64,000 nt of DNA, from assembly GCA_951406725.2 (NCBI GenBank), contig OX597826.1, positions 49,290,001-49,354,000 on the forward strand, in the 5' to 3' direction. Below, piece by piece: positions 13,955 through 24,306 of this stretch. Positions within the stretch are counted from its first letter, which is position 1. Each line of letters opens with the position of its first letter. Position numbers and translations under genes: made by a program. The notes below the pieces were generated by a model that worked only from the letters and a program-made list of their open reading frames with translations, was not told the origin of the DNA and made no database searches. Source of the DNA: Octopus vulgaris. Taxonomy: Eukaryota.

Positions 13955-14135
13955 AGAAGTAGGAAAGAAAGAGTGAGAGAAAGTTGTGGTGAAAGAGTTC
14001 AGCGAGGTTCACCCCACCCCGCCGGAGCCTGTGGAGCTTAGGTGTTTTTGCTCAATAAACACTCACAATGCCCGGTCTGGGAATCGAAACCGCGTTCTTA
14101 CGACCACGAGTCCGCAGCCCTAACCACTGGGCCAT
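13955..14135 (-). mobile_element. Family C SINE, 5' half
   Basis: Reverse complement of the first ~190 nt of 34189-34573 (atggcccagtggttagggc...ggtttcgattcccagaccgggc). Confidence 0.85.
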
Positions 14136-14597
14136 ATCAGAGTATCTGCATGTACCAGGGTATATCACGAAGGCACATAAATCACTGCAAGAAGCCTTAT
14201 ACACACACACACACAATGTATGTGTGTATATACTTTGCGTGTTTTCGGTTTCCATAGTTTTTTGTTGTTGTTTTTTAAGAAACGAATTGAAAAATAAACC
14301 TCAATTTAAGTCGACTTAACCAACTTTATGTCGGTCTCAACAAACATTTAAAGCATAAAAGTTTGTTTTTTTTTTTTTTTTCTAAAGAACAAAAGACACC
14401 TACCTAAAAGCTAACACTGACGTGGAAAACCAATTCCGATACGTGTGAGAATGTGGACAAATCATATTTATTGAAACAGATCTAAACTAACATAATTTTT
14501 TTTAAAACTGCTTTTCCGTGTTACGTCGTTTTCCGACTTGAGTTGCATGACTTGCAACCATTTACCAACGTAAGTTGAGTTCTTCTTGCACATACAG

Positions 14598-14676
<79 letters not shown>

Positions 14677-14799
14677 GCATAGTTTCGTATATACTTACAT
14701 TACGTGCTACATACATTTAAAAGACTTCATTCAGCTGTCCAACACATGCTACACATACACACTCAGTGTTTCAAGTAGTCATCAAACACACATACATAT

Positions 14800-14842
<43 letters not shown>

Positions 14843-15120
14843 CACATACACTCTTTCATACACACATATACACACACATACATACACACACATACTCCCC
14901 CACTGTTTGTGAGAAGACATGAATCATAGTTCTATTTCAATATTATTTTTGACCGGTAATTAGAAAACATTTATAACAAAAATAAGATCAGTGGAACTTT
15001 CTAGACTTCGTTGTTGCTCTTGTTGTTGTTCTTGTTGTTGTTGTTGTTGTTGTTGTTGTAGTTGTTGTTTGTGTTGTCGTCGTCGTTTTTGTTGTTGTTG
15101 TTGTGGTTGTTTTTCTCTAG

Positions 15121-15252
15121 TTAATTAAAAAGACAATTTCTGTTTGAAAACCTGAAGCTTCAGAAGAACGAGCAGCCAGCACCAAGTGGTGGCCATCAAC
15201 TGGACTTGATGATTCATAGAGGCCTCTTTGGCGTTTCAAGAGGCCCTTAATG
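15121..15252 (+). other. Putative 5'-UTR exon whose last three bases are the start codon (exon A)
   Basis: Unique-sequence island between (GTT)n and (AAC)n tracts; acceptor ttttttctctAG (ends 15120), donor ATG|GTAAGC (GT at 15253); in-frame TGA and TAG upstream of the ATG at 15250-15252. Confidence 0.5.
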
Positions 15253-15548
15253 GTAAGCCTCAACAACAACAACAACAACAACGATAACAACAACAACGAC
15301 GACAACAACAGTAGCTGCAACGCAACAAACACAAACAAATTTGTGTTCGTGTTTGTAAGCTTTTTTACATTCTCAAAACACTTTTGTTAAACGCAGGAGA
15401 AATTCTTGTTTCTCATAGACTCAACAACAAACTTTTACACACACACACACACACACAGACACAATTACGCACGCTTTTAAGTTCAGTAAAAATGGCGACG
15501 TACATTCTGAGGAAATTCTGGCAGACTATTCCTAAACGCACACACATT

Positions 15549-15585
<37 letters not shown>

Positions 15586-15769
15586 GGGATATTTTCGTTT
15601 AATCCCAGGTAGATACCAGAGCCGAAACTTATGGTCAACCTTTTAGGGATCATTTAAAATTACACTATTTCATGAACATGTCTTTCCCTTTTCAAGAGAT
15701 TGACATGAAGTTTGAAAGAGATTTCTCTGTTGTTTTTTGCAAACATCAAGCTCAACTTACGCATATATG

Positions 15770-15842
<73 letters not shown>

Positions 15843-15920
15843 TTATATATATATAATATGTGACAATTACTCGGTAGCCATGATAAAACTCGGATCAATT
15901 AACATAGCATCCAATTTTTG

Positions 15921-15982
<62 letters not shown>

Positions 15983-15984
15983 AG

Positions 15985-16100
15985 ATTCCGTAGGCCGCGG
16001 CGAGATTTGAACTCAGAACGCAAAAGTGTTGGAACAGACACCGCAAAACAACGTGTCCGAAGTTCTAACGACTCCGTCAGTCTACTGCTCTGGATTGCCA
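15985..16100 (-). mobile_element. Diverged family B SINE head
   Basis: ggcgagatttgaactcagaacg...ctaacgactccgtcag matches the family B minus-strand head. Confidence 0.55.
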
Positions 16101-16126
16101 ACTCGATACAAAGCGTACGTCGGTTA

Positions 16127-16198
16127 AGATTGTACGGAGACTCGAACTAGGATCGCTGGATTCAGAGTCCAAAGTGCCCATAATCACACCACGGAACC
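16127..16198 (-). pseudogene. tRNA-Gln(CTG) pseudogene
   Basis: Minus strand reads GGTTCCGTGGTGTGATTATGGGCACTTTGGACTCTGAATCCAGCGATCCTAGTTCGAGTCTCCGTACAATCT; anticodon arm GGA-CTCTGAA-TCC matches metazoan tRNA-Gln, but D loop, T stem and 3' acceptor strand are disrupted. Confidence 0.8.
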
Positions 16199-17288
16199 AA
16201 TGTATATGGTTTCCTTAGACTCCAATGTTTTTTTTTTCATTTTTTTTTTCACTTAAAACAAATTATTTTGATTAACCAAAAAAAAAGAACAATCTTGTAG
16301 TTGGGTTCACTTTAAAGAACACAAGTGACACCTTCCCTACCACGGCCACCACGCTAAATTGGTTGGCTATAAACCCAATTGGTGTTCTAATGAGTATATA
16401 ATTATGACTGCATAATGACCATAATAGGGGTGGAGGTGCGGGTAGAGAGCAGAAAGGCTCTTAAAAACCCTGTATTGTCTGTAGAGTAGATTTCTTTCTT
16501 TTCTTTTCTTGCGTTTTTTCCTCCTTGTTTTTGTTTTTTTTTCTACTTCTTTTTGGTGACCATTTCTTCTTGGTTCCACAGCAATGTTTCTTCTATAGAA
16601 TTGGTCAAGATCATGCAAAATAAATTTGTGAAATGCGATCTCAAGAGTTGGTCACTGTTGAGTGTTTGTCGATGTTATTGTTGTTGCTAGTGTTGTTTGT
16701 TGTTGTTGTTGACATTGTGGTGGGGGGAGGGGAGGATGAGGAGGAGGATGAGGAGGCCTACTACAGGAAGTTGGATTTACTTGTGGCGTTATTACTCCAA
16801 GTGATTATATCCTGTAATCCAAAATGACAAGTTTTTTTTTTTTTGAAAACAACATCAATACATCATCACCTTCGTCGCCACCGACGCAATCCCCCACCAC
16901 CCACCACCTCCACCACCCGCCACCATCACTACTACTACAACTACTGCCACCACCACCACCACCACCATCATTACCAGAAGTTTGACAATTAACGTTTTGT
17001 GCAAGCCACCACCATCATCATCACGATCAATGCCAGTGCCATCACCATTACCACCACCACCACCACCACCACTACCATTATCATCATCATCATCGTCGTC
17101 TTTATCATATTTATCATCGTCTCCTCTTTCACAAACAGTCAACTTAAAAAAAAGAAAGAAAGACAGAAAGAGAAAGAAAGAAAGAAAGAAAGAAACGATT
17201 AAACATCACCGACTCCGTACCAAGATAGTTGAGTGTTTTTTTTGTGACAAATCTATTTAGGAATATATTAAAGAAACAGAAAATAATA

Positions 17289-17349
<61 letters not shown>

Positions 17350-17395
17350 AATAATAGCGATGATAAAAATAACAATAATAATGATAATAGTAATA

Positions 17396-17426
<31 letters not shown>

Positions 17427-17467
17427 TAGCGATGATAAAAATAACAATAATAATGACGATGATGATG

Positions 17468-17498
<31 letters not shown>

Positions 17499-17576
17499 TA
17501 ATTAAGTAAATTGGTAAATAAATAAACTAGCCATCTATTTAGTTCTCCCCGCTTTCTATTCTTCTCTCTTTCCCTA

Positions 17577-17616
<40 letters not shown>

Positions 17617-18087
17617 CTCTGTCACTCTCACTCTCTCCCAATGCATCATTTGTAGTCATATATCTGCTGTTCTCTTTCACTGCACGTACTGCATCTCTTG
17701 CTATATACGTCTGAGTTTCTATTTCTTTGTGTGTGTTTGTTTGTGTGTGCGCGCGCGCGCGTATAATAACTTCTACGCTATGATATTGTAAAGTCCACTA
17801 GATTTGTTGTACCAGGAATGGTAAATTATCGAATTCTCTTGTGAAAATCCAATTTCATATTTTCTGGCATGGAGCCGTGAACAATATTGTATATAATTGT
17901 AACTGTTATAGCTTTTTTTAAAGGTAAAAACGGGGGGGGGGGGGGGGAAACAGGTTGATTCACAGACCTTTAATCAAGACACGTATCTGTTAGTGTTTTT
18001 GCGTTTATATACCCACACACATGCATACATCCAAATCCACACACACATATATATATACACGTATGTATGGTAATTAAGATAAAACGT

Positions 18088-18325
18088 CGCTCTTTTCAAG
18101 CCTAGCCAGGCTCATGGGCCCGGTTTCCCGGTTTCTGTGGCGTATGTACCCCCCCCCCCCAGCTGATGCTGGTATGTTTACGTCCCCGTAACTTAGCTGT
18201 TCAGCAAAAGAGACCGATAGAATATGTACTAAGCTTACAAAGAATAGGTCCTGGGGGTCGATTTATTCGACTAAAGGTGGTGCTCCAGCATAGCCGCAGT
18301 CAAATGACTGAAGCAAGGAAAAGAA
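18088..18325. mobile_element. Junction of a family D tail (minus, 18088-18165) and a family A 3' half (plus, 18165-18325)
   Basis: aagcctagccaggctcatgggcccggtttcccggtttc identical to 2251-2288, followed directly by gatgctggtatgtttacgtccccgtaacttagc...gcagtcaaatgactgaa. Confidence 0.8.
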
Positions 18326-18573
18326 ATATATATATATTTATTGCGAATATACGAATGAGAAATTTGTTTTATTTAATTCTATTTTAAGTTAATAGATATT
18401 TTTCATTTGAAAATTAATATTCATTTCATCATTTTTTTTATAAGCACCAAAAGATTTGATAAAAGTTACATTAAAATCATTGCGTCTATATCATCTTTCC
18501 TGTTATCACCCATGGTAGCAAACGTATTTCTTATAGACATGCATGCATGCATACATACATGAGTGTGTGTTTG

Positions 18574-18871
18574 GGAAGGCGCGTGGCTTAGTGGTTGGGG
18601 TATTCGGCTCTCAATCGTAAGTTCATGAGTTCAATTGCCGGCGACGCGCTGTGTCCTTGAGCAAGACACTTTATTTCACGTTGCTCCAGTCCACTCAGCT
18701 GGCAAAAATGAATACTACCTGTATTTCAAAAACGCTGAAGTTTCCAGTGAACTACGTTAGAGGTACGCGTGTCTGTGGAGTGCTCAGCCACTTGCACATT
18801 AATTTCACGAGTAAACTGCTCCGTTGATCAGATCAACTGGAACCCCTCGTCGTCGTAACCGACGGAGTGCC
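18574..18871 (+). mobile_element. SINE with family D head and family C tail
   Basis: A box tggcttagtgg, B box gagttcaattgcc, tgtgtccttgagcaagacactt domain; 3' part gtgtctgtggagtgctcagccac...cgtcgtcgtaaccgacggagtgc shared with 34189-34573. Confidence 0.85.
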
Positions 18872-18984
18872 TCATTTATGGGCCTTGTAAGGATGTAAAA
18901 ATGAAAGTGGACACAGTAGGTTTTGAACGCTGAACTTTAAAGAAGCCAAATTAAATACACCATAATATGTTGTCTGTTCTGTCG

Positions 18985-19150
18985 AACTCGCCAATACGCT
19001 GCTATTTTGTCCAACGCCCTGTCAAATCTGTCAATACGCCACCATTTTGTCAAATCTGTCAATAGAGCGCCATTTTGTGAAGCGTCCTGTCAAATTTGTC
19101 AATAAACCGCCATTTTGTCAAGCGCTCTATTAATTTTGCCACTACCCTAC
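18985..19150. repeat. Short minisatellite, ~4-5 variable units of 25-37 bp
   Basis: Recurrent tgtcaaatctgtcaata...cgccattttgtc. Confidence 0.8.
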
Positions 19151-19214
19151 CCTTCGCTTTGATAATATTAAAAGCAATAACAACGGCGATGCTTTCTCAT
19201 GTTAATAATGATAA

Positions 19215-19254
<40 letters not shown>

Positions 19255-19948
19255 GAAAAAATTGATAATGATAATGATGATGATGATATGTATTGTTTAG
19301 ATGTATGTAGCCCCTAGCTTTTAACAGGAGAGGTGGGGTGGAGGAAGAATGGTTAAGACATCAGTCCTTTGTTCCTTTTCTCCTTTTCTTCTCGCTGTTT
19401 TCTAAAGATATGACTGGGTTTCGAAACTGGGTCGTCGACGCGGTTCGCTGAGAACAGAAACACACCACGGCACATTACGACCCACGGTTAGAACAATGAA
19501 AAATAACAAGTCTGCACACAATATGTGTGTTTCTGTGTGTGTGTGTATATATATATATATATGTAGGGGTATCTAAATATATACATAATGTGTGTCTCTC
19601 TGTATATGTCTATACATATATATGTATGCATGCATGTATGTATGTATATATGTATGTATATATATATGTATATATATATGTATATATATATGTGTGTGTA
19701 TATAAGCACACATACTTTTCGCATGATTGTTTCTATTGCCTTTACGTTTGTATTGTATTTTTTCCTACCGTGAGAAACCTGTGGGAGATGTTTTCATTTT
19801 ACTTCGTCTGTCTGTGTGTCTTTAAACACAATTGTATATTTATTTATACTACTCCGGCCCCTCCCTCCTTTCTCTTTCTCGCTCTCTCTCTCTCCACACA
19901 CACACACACACACACACATACACACACACACGCATAGATTTACATATG

Positions 19949-19984
<36 letters not shown>

Positions 19985-20242
19985 CATATATATAATGACA
20001 CACACACATATATATATACACACAAACATATATAACAGAGAAAGAGAGAGAAGATAGATATATAAAGTAACACATGCACACTCGCTTACATACATGCACA
20101 CATACACACACACATGCATACATACATACATACACATGCACACACACACACACTCACAAATTTATGACATATATTACACACACGCTTTTAAGTACCAGTT
20201 GACTTAACCCGTCCCCCAAAACTTCTGCCCTTGCACCTACAT

Positions 20243-20290
<48 letters not shown>

Positions 20291-20623
20291 AATATAATCA
20301 TAACTACATATATATGTATGCATATGTGTGTGTGTCTGTGTCTGTGTGTTTGTGTATGCATGCATGTATGTATTATTTCTGAGCGTTAGAATAAGGTGTT
20401 TTAAAATATGTGGTTAATTATTAAGCGTTTCATTGTTAAATGTATCCAGCGATAATGATCCCTTCACGGGGCTATTGCTGTTGTTGTTGTTGTTGGTGGT
20501 GGTGGTAAGTTACAGGTTGATCTAATTAAGCAATACTGTTGATGAAAGGCATTCCAGTTATGCCCCTCCCGTGTGGATATCTATATATATGTATGTCTAT
20601 CTGTCTGTCTATCTATCTATCTA

Positions 20624-20720
<97 letters not shown>

Positions 20721-20875
20721 TTACACACACATACACGTGTGTGTGTGTGTGTGTGATAATGTTCAGAAAACCTCCTTCGGTCTTCTGGCCTAAACCACCA
20801 GAAACCCTGGAAAATCGTGTTCGCACCATCAGGTCACCCAGCCGCCCCCGAACCCCTCTCCCTCTCTCTCTCTCC

Positions 20876-20910
<35 letters not shown>

Positions 20911-21374
20911 ATTCATCCACTCTCACTCTCTCTCGATCGCTCCTCAATAAATTCTTCATGAAGCGAGAATGAACAGAGTTTTAAGTTAACTGATTAATTG
21001 AAATGAAACAAAGGGTACTACTATCTGGAATCGAAACCGCTTCGTTGACTTCACACTAAAATAACATAAAATTAATTAACAATTAGAATTTACTATTTGC
21101 TTGAAGTATAAATCAAAACACCTTAGTTTTATTTCAAGAGCTGGAAACGTGTCGGTGTGTGTCGTTCCGACTACGATATGACACGGTCTTCGGTATTTAA
21201 ACAAACATTTACATCAAATTGTTTTGTGTTACGATTAGGCAATGATAAAACAATATAATTCGATTTTTTTTATATCGATATTGATCATAAAGAAAATTGA
21301 TTTTCGATCAAAAACGAAATACGAAAATATAACTTTTAAAAAAAGTTTTTCAACTGTTGAATGCATTCTGATAA

Positions 21375-21462
<88 letters not shown>

Positions 21463-21707
21463 AATTATAAATTAGGGTATCTACGAGATACCACCATGCT
21501 GAAAATAGCAGCCATGATCTGACTCTAAAACCACCATAATTGTCCATATATCAACACGAAGAAAAAACAAAGAGACAAGATGAAACTAGTGAAAAATTAC
21601 TGGATAATTCTAGATCCCGGATTTCTGATTTTGCATTTAGAAATGCGTTGCATATCTTTGCATATATATATATAACGGGAAGCTTTATGAAAATAGACAA
21701 AAGACGA

Positions 21708-21740
<33 letters not shown>

Positions 21741-22349
21741 AGCACTCGCGCACACACATACATGTTAATTCAGGAGCAGATTATTCAGTTACCCGAAAAG
21801 CTGAATCCTCATCGTCCAACGACGGAAATCCACTACCACCACCACCACCACCACCACCACATGTGTATTATTATAGTCAGCCATCGTTCTCCTCCCTCCC
21901 CCCCCAACCCGTGTACCTTTGCAACAAATTCTTGTATATCGGTTATTATGAGCAAACTTGGGCTTAGTTCTTCCTTCTTCAAATTATATAATTTGTATAT
22001 CTTTAAAGTTCTTTAATTAATTTTTTCAAATTAAAATTACTCTAATTAACTTTTTTACATCATTATAAGTAAGGTCACGCTGGTAATTTTTCAGTGTGTT
22101 GTTTAAAAGGAAATAAAATGTACGATTGTTAATTAAATTTTTTTCCATTTTCATTCATTAATGAGCGATCTTTGATTAAATGAAATCCTGTATGTTATTC
22201 TTTGTCCTCGTCACACACGAAGGAAATAAGGGGTTACGACGATGAAGCTTGAACGCAGGGCCCTGGTGAATGTAACTAAGTGCTACTGCGGATTTAGTTG
22301 TTAGGGGTGACACTGAAATTTCTGTGCCCCAAACCACATAATAAAAAAC

Positions 22350-22485
22350 GGGGTCGTACATTTGGAAGGAGGCATACCGCCTATTAAATAGAACCCATTA
22401 TTTCACTGGTATTTTATCTTTTTATCGATCCTACGAGGATGAACAGCAAAACCAACTTCGGCGGGTTTGGGCCGAGAACCTAGAG
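22350..22485 (-). mobile_element. Diverged family B SINE fragment
   Basis: cactggtattttat...tttatcgatcctacgaggatgaacagcaaaaccaacttcggcgg. Confidence 0.55.
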
Positions 22486-22504
22486 AAGACTGTTCAATAT
22501 TTAA

Positions 22505-22624
22505 GAGATGAGGAATTATGTACGTTATTTATTTTATTTACGTTATTTACATTCGACATATGGCGAAGTGGTTAAGAGCGCGGGCTACAAACCCCAAGAT
22601 TCCGAGTTCGATTCCAAGCAGTGA

Positions 22625-22686
<62 letters not shown>

Positions 22687-22828
22687 TCGAAAAATACCAT
22701 AAGAATTAGAACCCAGGTTCGAAATTTCCCCAAGACACCTGAAGAAGGCTGGAGGGTATATCAGCCGCAACGTTGTGTTAACAACAAACAAGATGCGGAC
22801 AAATATCCGTCGAATGTAAATAATATAA
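22505..22828 (+). mobile_element. tRNA-headed short retroelement with minimal hammerhead motif and inverted terminal segment (Penelope-type architecture)
   Basis: A box TGGCGAAGTGG (22561-22571), B box GAGTTCGATTCC (22604-22615), (AAT)n, hammerhead-like core at 22734-22779, 15-bp inverted repeat 22543-22557 / 22809-22823. Confidence 0.7.
22734..22779 (+). ncRNA. Minimal type I hammerhead ribozyme motif, probably inactive (GAAA to GCAA)
   Basis: gacac-CTGAAGA-a-ggctg-(10 nt)-cagcc-GCAA-C-GTT-gtgtt: stem I gacac/gtgtt, stem II ggctg/cagcc, self-complementary AACGTT in place of stem III. Confidence 0.6.
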
Positions 22829-22859
22829 TATAAATAATCTAGAGAGGGCTATCGTAAAT

Positions 22860-23375
22860 ACAATAAGGCTTGAATTGGGGGGGGAGGTAGGACGTTAGTC
22901 GATTTCATCGACCACATTACTTGTCTGGGACTTACTTTATCAATCCTGAAAGAAAGAAGGCGAAGTCAACCTCGGCGGAATTGGAATACATTTTGTCCGG
23001 TGCAGTAACGATTCTGCCGGTTGGTTCCCAATTTTGGTACAAGATCAGCAATTTTTAGTAAGGGTAGGATTAAGCCGACGGCATCGACCCCAATGTTCAA
23101 CTAGAGGTTATTTTGTCGGCTCCCGATAGGATGAAAGAAAAAGTCGATCTCAGAGAAGTTTGAACTCAAAAAAATGTACTAGTCCTTTCTACTCTAGGCA
23201 CAAGGCCTGAAACTTTGGGGACGGGAGCTAACTGGTACTTATTTCATTGACCTCGAAAGGATGAAAGGCAAAGTCAACCTCGACGGGTTTTGAACTCAGA
23301 ACATGAAGAGGGACGAAATGCCGCTAAGCATTTCGTCCGGCGTGCTAACGATTCTGCCAACTCGCTGCCTTAATG

Positions 23376-23422
<47 letters not shown>

Positions 23423-23575
23423 CCTTTCTACTAAAGGAACAAGTTCTGAAATTTGTGGGGAGGAGTTAAGTCGATTACATACATCGACCCCTGTACCAGA
23501 CTGGTACTTAATTTATCGACCCCGAAAGGATGAAAGGCAAATGCGACCTCGACGGAATTTGAACTCAGAATGTAG
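22860..23575 (-). mobile_element. Head-to-tail cluster of four family B SINE copies
   Basis: aggatgaaaggcaaagtc.acctcg-type domain recurs at ~22950, ~23130, ~23260, ~23530; best copies 23183-23371 and 23421-23575 are separated by (AAT)n. Confidence 0.85.
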
Positions 23576-23960
23576 TGATAATAATAGTAATAATAATTAA
23601 TGAACGTTTAATTAGGTTTGATCTTCTGCTATTCCGTTAATATTATAGCCTCTGTGTAATTTAAATCTCTGGATAATTAGGGATTAGTTTCAAATTAACT
23701 TTTATAATCATCTTCTTTCTTCTTTGATGAAAAACTCCTTTGATGAAAACCTCTGCCTTGTCACTCGACCAAATACCCCTAAATAAAACGTGATAGCCAT
23801 GGCTGGAATGCTTTTGATTACAGCAGATAGGTATGCTCGATCAGGGCTGAGTTAGGACAACACAACAACAGTCATATCCATGTCTTTATGCATGTTCCAG
23901 TCCTAAACACACACACACACACACACACGCACACATATAAATATATAAAAAAAAAAAAAA

Positions 23961-24263
23961 CACCATCCGAGCGTGGCTGTCGGCCAGCCTCGTCTGGCAC
24001 CTGTGTCGGTGGCACATAAAAAACACCATCCGAGCGTGGCCGTCTGCCAGCCTCGTCTGGCACCTGTGTTGGTGGCACATAAAATCACCCACTACACTCT
24101 CGGAGTGGTTGGCGTTAGGAAGGGCATCCAGCTGTAGAAACACTGCCAGATCTGACTGGTCTGGTGCAGCCTTCGGGCTTGCCAGACCCCAGTTGAACCG
24201 TCCAACCCATGCTAGCATGGAAAGCGGACGTTAAACGATGATGATGATGATGATGATGATGAT
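23961..24263 (+). mobile_element. 5'-truncated RTE-type retroposon end with two internal 63-bp tandem units and (GAT)n tail
   Basis: caccatccgagcgtggc...ggtggcacataaaa at 23961 and 24024; ggttggcgttaggaagggcatccagctgtagaaac...acccatgctagcatggaaagcggacgttaaacgatgatgatg; same tail at ~10165, ~39085, ~51870 and (minus) ~61585, ~62530. Confidence 0.8.
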
Positions 24264-24265
24264 AT

Positions 24266-24306
<41 letters not shown>

